A stretch of 63,537 nt of DNA, filler included, from Licmophora abbreviata (taxonomy: Eukaryota): assembly GCA_900291995.1 (NCBI GenBank). It is 33 parts of 33 records of this genome, joined end to end, with 100 filler letters (N's around TTAATTAATTAA, not from the genome) between each part and the next. Parts side by side here need not be neighbours in the genome. Positions count along the whole stretch, not along the records: positions 1 to 2,077 come from OLMU01006461.1; positions 2,178 to 4,232 come from OLMU01006462.1; positions 4,333 to 6,385 come from OLMU01006463.1; positions 6,486 to 8,536 come from OLMU01006464.1; positions 8,637 to 10,667 come from OLMU01006465.1; positions 10,768 to 12,794 come from OLMU01006466.1; 27 more parts are not named here. One strand, given 5' to 3'. Positions within the stretch are counted from its first letter, which is position 1; every line of letters starts with the position of its first letter. Positions 1 through 11,197 of this stretch are shown here, piece by piece. A program made the translations under genes and the position numbers. The notes under the pieces were generated by a model, which did no database searches, had not been told where the DNA came from, and worked only from the letters and a program-made list of their open reading frames with translations.

Positions 1-381
1 GTCAATGTGTCCCTCATGCGCCGCAATGTTAAGAGGTGTCACTCCATTCTTATTAGGTTGGTCCTTGTCGGCCCCGTTCTCCACCAAAACCTTCACCACG
101 TCAATGTGTCCATTGTGCGCCGCAATGTAAAGAGGTGTCGTTCCATTGTTTTTAGGTTGGTCCTTGTCGGCCCCCTTCTCCACCAAAACCTTCACCACGT
201 CAATGTGTCCATTTTGCGCCGCAACGTAAAGAGGTGTCGCTCCCCATTTGTCATCCTGCGCATTAATATTAATATCCGTGCCCTTGCTGACAAGCTTGCG
301 CACGGTGGATAAATTGCCATTCCGGCAAGCGTTCCAAAGCTCCGTTTCCTTTTCCTTTTGGCTCTTTTCGCTGGAAGACAT
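1..381 (-). CDS. Ankyrin-repeat protein, 3'-truncated
   Basis: ATG at 381: MSSSEKSQKEKETELWNACRNGNLSTVRKLV...GATPLYVAAQNGHIDVVKVLVEKGADKDQ; 99-bp/33-aa repeats with TPL..AA..GH consensus. Confidence 0.9.
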   Translation of the reverse strand, partial: MSSSEKSQKEKETELWNACRNGNLSTVRKLVSKGTDININAQDDKWGATPLYVAAQNGHIDVVKVLVEKGADKDQPKNNGTTPLYIAAHNGHIDVVKVLVENGADKDQPNKNGVTPLNIAAHEGHID

Positions 382-949
382 GCTGTTGGAGCAGAGTGCT
401 GATACAGAAATTAGATCAAAGTGAAAGAATCCAAGGAAAGTGAAAGAAGAAATTGTGTTGTCTTGGATCCGAATGAATCCATCCATCCATTCCGAAAGTA
501 CTTAATACTTCTAATCTTCCGAACGCAGTTGCTCGTACAATAGTACGCCAAAGCATACTATCATAATTCCTACGTGTGTACGTGACGCGACGACGGGCCG
601 GCGTGAAACGCGACTAAAAGCTCAACTAGATCGCGGATCGCGCGGGGCATTTTCAATTTCACTCGATCGTTACAGTCACTGTTCGTTTGTGACAATGACG
701 AGGTGGTCGTCGAACGACAAACGAGGCGGAAATAAAAGGAATGGCTCTCTTTCTTGGACTTGGACTTCGTTGGGTCTCGAATAACGAGCAAACAGTACAA
801 TCAACTCGTCCTGTCTCACCAGCGGAAGCTTCCTCCCGTCACGAGACCCCTCCGGGTACCGAGTCATATGCGCGTTGTCAGTTGACGAGGTCAGGGCGAC
901 GACAACACCTTCCGGCACAATGGTAAGGAACTTACTCACTTCCCTCTGT

Positions 950-1345
950 AGATGAGGACGAAAACGAGAATGCCGATGACTTCTTCGGCGCCTCTGTCTC
1001 CTTGTCATCTGATGGAACCGTATTGGCTGGCCTTGGGTGCGTACTCGAATGATGACAATGGGGTTGATTCCAGTCGTGTGCGGGTTTTCCGGTTGAGCGA
1101 ATCAATCTGGCTCCCCCTATGCCAGACGCTTTTCGGGGAGAATGCATTTAATTGGTTTTGGTGGTTCCGTTTCCTTGTCGGCTGACGGCACCAGGTTGGC
1201 TGTGAGATTAGAATGGAATGATGACAATGGAGCTGATTCGGATCATGTATGCGTCTTCCAGTTGGTCAACGGTGCGTGGGCGCAAGTTGTTTGTGCCCTT
1301 CCCGGCAAGCAAGGGCAGTTCGGATCGCTTTGGCACTTCATTGCT
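950..1345 (+). pseudogene. FG-GAP/beta-propeller-like repeat fragment, frameshifted
   Basis: Two repeats, FFGASVSLSSDG..LGAYSNDDNGVDSSRVRVF and FGGSVSLSADGTRLAV..NDDNGADSDHVCVF, split over different frames. Confidence 0.6.
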
Positions 1346-1736
1346 TAGCCCTGTCGTCTGATGGATGTGTGACTTCTTGAGAGCCTGTCAACCCCTCCTC
1401 GCTGCCCTCTTGGCGAATCGAGAAGGGCGTGCGAGGTGCCATGCAGTCGTGTCGGATTTGCACTACAATATCTGCATGTTAGTGGCTGAAAAGCACCGGT
1501 CAGTATTTGGTAAGCTTGATCCGCCGGCCGCGTTCGGAAACAGAGAGTTTGATTGCGGCAGCCTGTCACCTGATAGGAAAACACTGGAATCGATATCAAT
1601 CCGACCTGGCTATCGAAGTCAAGCCGATGGCATGATGCGTTACATACCGACAATTTAGCAAGAATCATATTTACACTTAAGGTTAGGTTCGATCCAATGA
1701 ATTCCTCGTTCAGTGTGCTCCATATCGACCGAGAGT

Positions 1737-2077
1737 CTACCCCGCAAAGACATCCGACAGGCATCCTCCGCAGCAGTCATCACATCCATCACAAACGCAG
1801 CAATCATCGCATTCTCCACCACCACCAGTGCCCGCGACTGCAGCTCCCACAACTGCCAATCCCAGATTAGGTTGGTCCTTGTCGGCCCCCTTCTCCACCA
1901 AAACCTTCACCACGTCAATGTGTCCATTTTGCGCCGCCATGTAAAGAGGTGTCACTCCATCATTCTCAGGTTGGTCCTTGTCGGCCCCGCTCTCCACCAA
2001 AACCTTCACCACGTCAATGTGTCCATTTTGCGCCGCCATGTAAAGAGGTGTCGTTCCATCATTCGTAGCTTGGTCCT
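1737..2077 (-). CDS. Second ankyrin-repeat gene fragment, 5'-truncated
   Basis: MAAQNGHIDVVKVLVESGADKDQPENDGVTPLY repeats nearly identical to those at 1-381; the repeat breaks off near 1866. Confidence 0.8.
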
Positions 2078-2177
2078 NNNNNNNNNNNNNNNNNNNNNNN
2101 NNNNNNNNNNNNNNNNNNNNNTTAATTAATTAANNNNNNNNNNNNNNNNNNNNNNNNNNNNNNNNNNNNNNNNNNNN
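2078..2177. other. Artificial contig linker N44-TTAATTAATTAA-N44 (first of 32)
   Basis: The same 100-bp spacer, with stops in all six frames, recurs every 1-2 kb; genes are cut at these points. Confidence 0.98.
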
Positions 2178-2430
2178 AAGAATCATACAAATATAAAAAC
2201 ACATGCTACGATCACGTACGTAGGAAGAAATTGAGCGTTGCACTGTGTTTTCCGCGCCAACTTCTTGCAAGCGAGGTGCTGGGAAGCGCCGCGAGGATGA
2301 TGGCGCATTACACAGAGACCTCCGCCCGTTCGTCTCTGCCAGTGTCGCTCCATGCGATTGAAGGGAAGAAGCTAGCTTGCTAAAACGACAGTTCTTCGAT
2401 ACCGCTGTGCAAAAGAATTGAGCGTCAAGA

Positions 2431-3199
2431 ATGCGGGGAAGCATGATGGCGCGCATAAACATTATATTCGTGTTTCTTGTACTGACGTCGATGCTACGTT
2501 CGCAGGTGCGAACTGCCGAGGCCTTCACACAAGGCTCCCAGTTAGCATCTCGGAGACCACTCGCAGTACCGTCGCGAGCTCATGCGCCGATGCGAATGGC
2601 GGCCTCGGGCGACAAGGATGAGAAGTTCTCTTTTGGACAGAGGATTGAATCGGTCAAGTGCGTTGTGGTCGGCGCCTTATCGGGTGGAGTCGCATTGACT
2701 CCAGTAGCGCTACCTCATGATGCGCTATTCAACCAGGGTCTGGTTGGAAATGGTTTGGCTCAGTGGGAGTTTGACACTGATATGGGCTCTTTAGAGGCGG
2801 CACTGTTTGCCATCGTGTACAGGTATTGTATTCGGGAAGACGACAATCCAATGCTGAATCAAGGGGTCTTGGGTGCCTTTGTTCTTGTAAGGTCCCTTTC
2901 ACGAATCCAGGTTCCAAGCTACTGCTCGTTCGCTCCTCTAAGTTGTAAGTTTGGTGGTACTCAACGCGTTACGATAGACAACGCCGTGTTCTGCGTCAAG
3001 CTGCCTCGAAGTTTGGTCTGACACAACGTTTCTTCTCTGTATAACGGGTAAAATAGGTGGAGCTCCTCTGGGATACTTCAACTGGTCCATGGTACTCCAG
3101 GGGATCTGGAGTGGCGCAGAAAGTGTGGCGCTGTTCGGCGGCGCAGCATATGCTATGGACGTCTGCTTTCGAAAAGGATGGATATCCAAGTTTCCGTGA
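2431..3199 (+). CDS. Probable plastid-targeted membrane protein, join(2431..2944,3057..3199)
   Basis: Signal peptide plus AEAF ASAFAP-like motif; GTAAGT..TAG intron restores ...[15 protein letters not shown]...[25 protein letters not shown] motif resembles uncharacterised cyanobacterial/plant proteins. Confidence 0.75.
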
Positions 3200-3289
3200 C
3201 AACACCTATACGCAATCATACGATGCTTCCGGCGTGATAAAGAAATTGTCTAAACGTGTGCCAGACTTGCGCTCTCCCACGCCTGCTGT

Positions 3290-3640
3290 TTAGTAATCGC
3301 CATCGCCCCCATCTCCTCCGAACATGTCCATACCACCGCCAATCTCGGCCTCTTCCTCTTCTTCTTTCTCTTCCTCCTTTTCTTCTTCCGCTCCTCCGCC
3401 GCCACCGGCTCCGCCACCTCCTCCTCCGCCGCCGCCACCTCCTCCAAACTTGGCCAGGAGTTCCTTTCCTTCCGACATGAGTTCTCCCACATCCTTACCC
3501 TCCAAATCACCAATCAGTGCAGAGAGACGCTCGTCGTCGACCTCGACACCGACTTTGGACAATGAAGCTTTCACGTCAGCCGCTGAAGGCGAGTCGTTTC
3601 CGCCCAATTTCAACAAGAGGTATGCTGCCAAGTGTTTCAT
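3290..3640 (-). CDS. RPLP2: 60S acidic ribosomal protein P2
   Basis: [24 protein letters not shown]...[10 protein letters not shown], Gly hinge and acidic tail. Confidence 0.95.
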   Translation of the reverse strand: MKHLAAYLLLKLGGNDSPSAADVKASLSKVGVEVDDERLSALIGDLEGKDVGELMSEGKELLAKFGGGGGGGGGGGGAGGGGGAEEEKEEEKEEEEEAEIGGGMDMFGGDGGDGDY

Positions 3641-4443
3641 TGTGTGTGTTTGTGTAGTCTGCACAACAACAAGGAGTAAAACAGCAAGTGAGTGTCTCCG
3701 TTATGGTCATAGTACTCAGTTCACGTAGCCTGTACGACGCGACCACCTGGGATCGGGCGTCGCATCTCAAATGTCGCCATGTGGTGAATTTTTCACTTTC
3801 TTCTTCCACATCAGGCATCCCATGGGACTTCTACACGCATTCAAGCACTTACTTTTGTTTTTCGCTGCTGTGAATGCCTTACAAGCCTGTTTAAGCCGTC
3901 ACGAGAGTCAAGCCGCAAGTAAGTAAGCACAAACAGGTAAACACGCGCGCTGATGATTGGGCGGGCATTCGAAAAATCGTACGGTGTCCAGAGCCGGTGT
4001 CTGGCAGTCGCTCCATACCTCTTCGATGATTTGCGGTGTGTAGGTCAGAAGTCAGACCTCAGCAAAACAGAAAAAACCACAAAACAAGCTCGACCATGAG
4101 GGCCTTGGCATCGTCGTTTCGCACTCGCTTCCGGCGCAGTGTGGAGACCCGCACGGCCCAGTTGGACTCCAATACTCGACACGAGCTAGCAGACGAAATC
4201 TTGGATTCGAATGAGCAGGAACAAGGGGAACTNNNNNNNNNNNNNNNNNNNNNNNNNNNNNNNNNNNNNNNNNNNNTTAATTAATTAANNNNNNNNNNNN
4301 NNNNNNNNNNNNNNNNNNNNNNNNNNNNNNNNGTCACGCCTCACGGTCTCGCGCCTTGCTCCAAGCTGCCTCCCTTCGTAATTCTGCGGCACGTCGAGCA
4401 GTCGAAGAAGAAGCAGCAGAAGAGAGTTTGGTTCTCAAGGGCG

Positions 4444-5586
4444 GTGACGGTCAAGGCGATCATAAGCTGCAAGACGTGTTCCGATGCAGAGTACGAGTCA
4501 AGCTGCTGGCGGACGTCGGGTGCGATTCAGGCAATGGCAAAGAAGAACGAGGATGAGGTCCGGATAGAGAATGCGCTGCTCGATTTTTCCCGTCAGTCAG
4601 CTCTTTCGGTCCCTGCTATGTCTATGGAGGGGAGCGTGGTCCAGGGTGGTGACGTCGTCGACGACGGAAGTGTCGTTGCTGAAGGTGCTTTGTCGTCGTC
4701 TGCTCCAATAGCTATCGTCGCGGCTCGCCCCGAGGCACGCCGCGTAGAAGCTTCTACGAGCAAGTTGGACATGCCTTTCGAGCCATCGATCTATGAGCGT
4801 TACATCGGGCGTTACATTGGACGTCCTTTGCTCTCCCGCTTACCTTTTACCCGAACCGATTCCTCGATCGACTCTCTGTTGCACGTCGAAGACGAAGCTG
4901 AGATTGCTGCTGCCTCTGAGAGTGTCCCGTCGATCGTATGTGTGGCGCCGATCCTCGTGACCGGTGACAAGGCTCGTCGAAAAGGCCGCACTGTTTCCTT
5001 TGTAGAGGACAACATCCGATCACCGAAGGTCCGCCCCATTCCAGGTCTGGAAGACTACACTGATAAAGAGCTGAGCAAGGTATATCGTTCATGCGCGGAA
5101 ATTGCTGAAATGAGCGAGGTTGCCTACGACGAGCAGGAGTACGAAGACTCTGATGGCAACCATAGCAATGCCATCGAAGAATCGGAGTTTTATCGGTGTC
5201 CCGAGACGGCGGAGCTCTACCACCCGTATCATGCCCTCACCGATGCCTCGACGGGCTCATACTATCGCTTGGACAAAAAAGGGAAGAGATGGGGCCTTCT
5301 CCCTCCTTCTCAGTCTGAAGGCTGTGACGACGACAGCTGCGTCTCTTGCCCGGACAACCGAGACGATGACGAGATTGCTGCTGACGTTGTGAGTCCCCCC
5401 TCGACTGATGGCGATACAGAGCTGATGGATACAGAGCCAGAGGTCTTGTCGGCTCGCAGTGTCACACGAACTCGTTCGGTTCCAGTGAGACGATCCCCTC
5501 GGAATCACCCAAGCCCACCCCTCCGCCGATCTCGACGTATTGCTGAGTTGCACTCGCGCAAGGGACGCCCCAACTACAAGGACTAG
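4444..5586 (+). CDS. Hypothetical protein (acidic, basic RRSxR tail), possibly TE-derived
   Basis: 380-codon ORF with no recognised domain. Confidence 0.4.
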   Translation: MTVKAIISCKTCSDAEYESSCWRTSGAIQAMAKKNEDEVRIENALLDFSRQSALSVPAMSMEGSVVQGGDVVDDGSVVAEGALSSSAPIAIVAARPEARRVEASTSKLDMPFEPSIYERYIGRYIGRPLLSRLPFTRTDSSIDSLLHVEDEAEIAAASESVPSIVCVAPILVTGDKARRKGRTVSFVEDNIRSPKVRPIPGLEDYTDKELSKVYRSCAEIAEMSEVAYDEQEYEDSDGNHSNAIEESEFYRCPETAELYHPYHALTDASTGSYYRLDKKGKRWGLLPPSQSEGCDDDSCVSCPDNRDDDEIAADVVSPPSTDGDTELMDTEPEVLSARSVTRTRSVPVRRSPRNHPSPPLRRSRRIAELHSRKGRPNYKD

Positions 5587-6568
5587 AGAGGTTTCGTACT
5601 GCCGCTGACACAAGAAGGTATGTCTTATATTCTCTTGCTCGTGACCGCGTGCTTGCCTGTGTGATTGTTGTATTAGTCTGCCACGTCGGCTACGAATGTC
5701 TCATCGTCGGCTGTCTTTGTGCACTTTGCCCAGGTCATAGTCTGCTGCATTCGTTTCGACACGAAGCGAGTTTCAATCAAGGTGTGCAAGAAGACAGACA
5801 CCTCCACGAGTTTCAAGATGCATCCAAGGTCCGCTCCTCCGATACTATACATGCATCCATTCTCCACCGACGAAGTTTCCAATGTCCCCCAAGGTTCCCG
5901 AACACATTCAATTCGCTGTCATTGACTGTCGAGCAAAGCAGCCGTCTTGCATCCCAAGGAATTATGAGAGTCGTCCATCACCTTCGAGTTAAGCCTCCTA
6001 TGGCTGTAGAGTACTGGGGTTCTCTACTAACTGTCATCCGTGGCATGAACGTCCCCCTACGATGTGTGATTGGACTCTCTAATTCTGCAAGACGCTCTGT
6101 GGACACTCGCGGCCGTGACATGGTCAAGTTCAGCTTTCCATCTAGGAATACTGGGCATTTCCATTGTTGGCACCAATACTATTTTATCGATGTATGCAGT
6201 CGCGCACTGTTTCGACGGTCGCAACCGCAGCATCACCCACCCCGCCCCGATTCTCAAGTTCAAGTTCTTCGCCTCCATGTCGATTCCGTTTCATGTTCGT
6301 CGTGTCCCATTCCCTTTCGTCCGTGTCCACAAGTCAAGAAGCCATGTGCCTCATGTCGCTTCCAAGTCCAAGATAATCGTCTCGTNNNNNNNNNNNNNNN
6401 NNNNNNNNNNNNNNNNNNNNNNNNNNNNNTTAATTAATTAANNNNNNNNNNNNNNNNNNNNNNNNNNNNNNNNNNNNNNNNNNNNTCGACGCCACGGTGT
6501 ACCCGTACACAATTTGTGTCCCCCCACATAACATCCCTCCATTTCCATCCCATTTCCACCCAAATACC

Positions 6569-7426
6569 ATGCCTCCACCCCCACCCAACAGTAAACGTGC
6601 TGCAGGGTATACTGATGCAGAAACGACCACAATGCTTGATGACATCAAGCTCGTTTTGCCCATTTCAGGAGTTGAATGGGAGATGGTTGAGGTGCAACAT
6701 ACGGCCAAGTGGCCGGAGAAGGCCCGGACTACTGAAAGCATTCGTCGTAAGTTTCAGAGTCTTTATCGCAACAAAATACCAACTGGTGACCCGAAGTGTC
6801 CCCCGACTGTTAGGGAAGCAAAGCGGATCAGACACGAGATAATTAAAAGGGCAGATTGTTCCGATGGAGAAGATGAAGACGACGTCGATCCATTCGACAC
6901 TGATAGCGAGGAGGATGCTCCTGATGCCCGTGCAGTCGACAATTCCGATGGTGTCAATCAAGTTGATTCATTTGCCGTGAATCAAATCAACGAAAATGGG
7001 GCGGCGGTGGATGACGGCAGCAGACCTGCCAGTCGTGCGAGCAACAGCAACGATCGTCAAGTTATAGTGGAGAATGTTCCCACGGCTGCACCTGCTTCAG
7101 CTTCCACTTCTTCTTCTTCTGGTAGAAAGAGAAAGACTTCATCCTCCATTTCCATCACTCGTCGTCGAAATTCCCATAACAATACTGACGATGATGACTC
7201 CTTCAATCTGAAGGAGTACATGAAGATGATGATGATGGAACGAATGGCTGAACGGGAGGACGAGAGGGCCCGGCGAGAGATTGAGAGAGAGCGTAGAGAC
7301 GACGAATGTCGAGAGCAGCAGCGCATGCAACAGAATGCCATGATGCAACAAAATGCAATGATGATGATGATGATGTCTGCCTTTGGTCAGAAGAAACAAA
7401 AAGATACAGAGGGAGACGACGACTAG
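6569..7426 (+). CDS. Harbinger accessory Myb/SANT-like protein (DUF6818-like)
   Basis: YTDAE..MLD....LPISGVEWEMV...H....P..ARTTESIRRKF..LY..KIPTGDPKCP; convergent with a DDE_Tnp_4 gene. Confidence 0.75.
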   Translation: MPPPPPNSKRAAGYTDAETTTMLDDIKLVLPISGVEWEMVEVQHTAKWPEKARTTESIRRKFQSLYRNKIPTGDPKCPPTVREAKRIRHEIIKRADCSDGEDEDDVDPFDTDSEEDAPDARAVDNSDGVNQVDSFAVNQINENGAAVDDGSRPASRASNSNDRQVIVENVPTAAPASASTSSSSGRKRKTSSSISITRRRNSHNNTDDDDSFNLKEYMKMMMMERMAEREDERARREIERERRDDECREQQRMQQNAMMQQNAMMMMMMSAFGQKKQKDTEGDDD

Positions 7427-7505
7427 AGTAGTTTAGATGTATTAGCCAACAGTACAGGTGGTAAACAAAAAGATACAGAGTAAGACTAGAATAGTTTAGA
7501 TGTAG

Positions 7506-8536
7506 TTAAACTATAGGTGTTACATATGTTGCATTGACATCCGTCTGTAGATGTGGCATGTAGGTATTCCGAATTTGATTGATGCCTACTTTTCTTGCAC
7601 GAAAATTGTACAGTAAGACAATTGACTTCAAAATGAGACGTCGCTCGCCTACTTCTTCGTAGTGTACCCTGTCCTTCAGTCGGGGAAAAGATGCTTGTAG
7701 GGCTCGCATTCCCCATTCTGCAGCCTGCCGCATACTTGTCGCCTCTTGGTTGACAAGCAAGTCTTCTGGCAAATCTGAGACAGGATCGTTCTGCGACGAT
7801 TTGATCAGATACGGTGCAGCTTTTCAACAAAACGCCGAGTCAACAGTGCACTGTCCGCCTGTTTCCGAAAAGACCCTCTCAAGTTTTTTGTAGATATCGC
7901 CCCACTCCGCAATCAAGCTGTCATGCACTGCTCCTGGAACGTTGTAGCATGCAATTGGAATGGTACCATCTGGACAAAAAACAAAGACAGAGGACACATA
8001 ATGGTCGTGGGTCCATCCGTTGTAGAACATATTCTGGATGATGGCGTTTGGCGATTGCTCCAGATACAGTTTCAGGCCATCCATGGTGCACCAAACATTA
8101 GGGAGATTAGGGTGCCGATCAGCAATTGTCTTCTTGAATTCGTCGATTGTTTCTTGGCTCGGGATTGTGACTTGAGCCGATGGTCGGTCTTGCAGAATCT
8201 TGACTACAAGACGTCGAGCGAACCTGAGATAAACAGAGACAGAAGTTCCTGGCATGCCAAAAAGCAAACTGAGCACCATGTTTGACCCTCTCAAACGTGT
8301 CCATGATAAGTACATTGCCAGACAAGTGGCGGCTGACATTAATCTTGGCCGTCCTCGTGGCATTCCCGACAGGCGGCCGAGATATCCGTTTTCGGTATGC
8401 GGCGTGTACGTTGTGTACAGTGCCTCAAAGTCGAGCAGTACGTCATGAAACGAAGCTCGATCCAAGCCTGTGAAAGTGATCATTGCCTGATCACAATTTG
8501 ATGCGTAAAGCTTTTGCCAGGCGCTCTTATTTGGAT
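7506..8536 (-). pseudogene. PIF/Harbinger DDE_Tnp_4 transposase with an in-frame stop at 7824-7826
   Basis: WCTMDGLK, FYNGWTHDH, PGAVHDS, VDSAF, RQAAEWGM motifs; one frame reads VDSAFC*KAAPYLIKSSQ. Confidence 0.9.
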
Positions 8537-9905
8537 NNNNNNNNNNNNNNNNNNNNNNNNNNNNNNNNNNNNNNNNNNNNTTAATTAATTAANNNNNNNN
8601 NNNNNNNNNNNNNNNNNNNNNNNNNNNNNNNNNNNNATATATACGAAATGCAATTTAGAATTTGCAGATGCCGCATTCGCCTTTTCACCCTTGTTTACGG
8701 CCATCGTCCATATCTCGGTTCGTTTCGCCTCTGCGACGGCTCGATGGGTCCGTGCGGACGTATCAGTGACAAAGAAAGGATAGGACAAAGCATTCGGACC
8801 GGAAGCGAGTTACAACGTTGAAATGAAACTCGAAATTGTCATCGAGACGCCAGATTCGAAACTGTGGCGGCCGCGGCATCCTCATTTTTGATCATTACGA
8901 CCCTATCATGTCTCCTTTTGTCTCATGAAGACTTCCATGGATCCCTACGGCTACAGCGGTCATGATAGGCAGGAACCGGCGGAAAACCTGAACTGGATAG
9001 GGCTATGGTACTGCTAAAAAACAAGCGAAGAAATCCTCGTCAAGAAGAACCCAGCCACGCACGGCGCGCAGGACGATGCGACAACGGATTACGACGCCCA
9101 AGAGTGTTGGAAAAGCATGAAATCCAATGCCACGAATCGACTTCACTCCGGATGCATCTAGAGTACCCCTCTCCCATGGCATTCCATTGCTCTCGCGTCG
9201 TGTCGTCGTGATGCAGTCGCTTATCTCCTTCGGCAGAGCTCCTCCCCAGCGGCTGGATTAGCATCCGAAATGTGGCAAAGCACGTGGCTTTTTTCTAACA
9301 AATACACGAAAAAGCGAGTACGCCAGAAATCTCGCTTAAATTACAAACAGCGCCCGGGAGTATTTCACGTGGCTTTTGTACCTATGCCTACGCAAAACTC
9401 GAAACCCGTTTGGAACGGGCGCGTGAGATGGAGAGGTTGACCAATTTAGGCACCTCGCAAAAGGAGAGAATGTTTCGATGTAAGGACAATCACGAGAAAC
9501 GATGCGCCGATGACTAGTCAATACTTAAAATGCGAACTAGCTACGTGTTGGTGTGCATCCATGTCCTCAAGAACTGCAGCCAATAGGCGATGTGAGATTG
9601 GCTGCTTTTGACTTTTCGTAGCTAGTAACGTCCCATCAGCCCCCAATGATCACGATCCTTTCTGTATTCAATATGGTCATACGCCCATGGGTGCGGTTGC
9701 ACCCCTGCTGCCTCAGCGAATGATCTCCGACTAGCTGCTCAATAAGCTGATTAACTTCCCAGCTAAAAAGCAAGTGCAAGAATCTGCCAAAGGCACAAAT
9801 GAAATGAAACGAAACGAGAACGCCTTGTTCAGGAGCATTCTAGCTCTGTGAACTCGACATTTCGGAACAAGATTCCAAAGGCAAACTCACTACGCGATAG
9901 GCTCG

Positions 9906-10667
9906 TCACTCCTCGCTCTCTTCCTTCTTCTTTGGGTTCATCTCGAACGTGTCAAAGTCGCTTCCAATAACCACAGCAGTGGAATGATACGTGGGCTCCA
10001 CAGCTTCCTGAACACAGAAGTGTGCGCAGTCCAGTTTTGACATGTCGGGTCCGAGCTTGTCCTGGTATTTCTTGGTCTGCACCACCCATTCATTCACGGG
10101 AGGCCGATCCTCTCCAAGTCCCACAGGACGTACCAATAGATAATCGGTAGTGTACTCGTTCTTTCGAATGGCATCTTCGGTCTGACAGAGATCCCTGTAG
10201 GGCTTGCGGGCCAGTAGAATAAAGATCCATTTCAAGATCCCTCCCGCCCAATGGAACTCCATCGGCGGATAGTCCTCATTGCAGCCGACAGACGTGATTG
10301 ATACCAAACGAGTGAAGTGATGGTGCTTCATGGCCTTCATCAAGTTCGCAGTGCCCTCGTGTCCCACACAGTCACCGTAGAAGGGCTGTCGATTGCCAAG
10401 TCCCGAAATGATGCTCCCTACATTCTCCAAATGCGGTGTCAGATCGTCCTTGACGACATCGACTTGTCGAATATCCAGTCGTCGATCGTTCCTATCAATT
10501 TTGTGAGGACACGCACAGTTCCAGTTCGTCTCGGTCAGCAGTGTCGTTTCAGGATCGCTCGTCAAGACGCGAATCGGTCCGTCGTACCGGTCCAGAGCGA
10601 CTTGGACTGCATGTCGGCCCACGTCGGCTGTGCCGCCCGACGAATACAGAATGCAAAGCACCTTGTT
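9906..10667 (-). CDS. NAD(P)-binding Rossmann protein (NAD_binding_10/flavin reductase-like), 5'-truncated
   Basis: GGTADVGRHAV, GTANLMKAM, RLVSITSVG, DYLLVRPVGL, MSKLDCAHF. Confidence 0.75.
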   Translation of the reverse strand, partial: NKVLCILYSSGGTADVGRHAVQVALDRYDGPIRVLTSDPETTLLTETNWNCACPHKIDRNDRRLDIRQVDVVKDDLTPHLENVGSIISGLGNRQPFYGDCVGHEGTANLMKAMKHHHFTRLVSITSVGCNEDYPPMEFHWAGGILKWIFILLARKPYRDLCQTEDAIRKNEYTTDYLLVRPVGLGEDRPPVNEWVVQTKKYQDKLGPDMSKLDCAHFCVQEAVEPTYHSTAVVIGSDFDTFEMNPKKKEESEE

Positions 10668-11197
10668 NNNNNNNNNNNNNNNNNNNNNNNNNNNNNNNNN
10701 NNNNNNNNNNNTTAATTAATTAANNNNNNNNNNNNNNNNNNNNNNNNNNNNNNNNNNNNNNNNNNNNCACCAGTTTGGTACCAGGTACAGTACCGGTATT
10801 ACAGTACTCGTAGTCGTCTTGTGAACAGATGTTCAAAAAGTGAAAGGATGGATGACGACACTAAGCAATCGTCCGAGAGTGATGTTAGGTCGGTGTGGTC
10901 GGTGCGGCTAACGCCGCTTCGGCTAGTCCGTGTTCCCTCGCTTGGCCAAGCAGGGGTAAATAGGTGGGGTGGTCAAAAAGGGAAACCCTATACAGCCCCC
11001 CAGTCGACGTCAGCAGTCTGTCTGCCAGTAGGTCTCGTGTTCATCGCTCGTCTCTCTTGGCGCGCCATATTTTCGAAACAAGCGCGAGTTCGAAAAAATG
11101 CCGAAGGCAAACCGACGAGCAAGCATCGCGACCGCTATTCACTTTCAATTTAGAATTTAGTTCATTCACTCTCGCTTGACCTTCACACCCTACTACG

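Noticed and set aside
5649..6385. 262-aa ORF
   Set aside because: No recognisable motif in any frame and atypical composition.
10953..10990. GGGGTAAATAGG... as a MULE terminal inverted repeat
   Set aside because: Plausible position, but the other end is absent, so no TIR or TSD can be shown.
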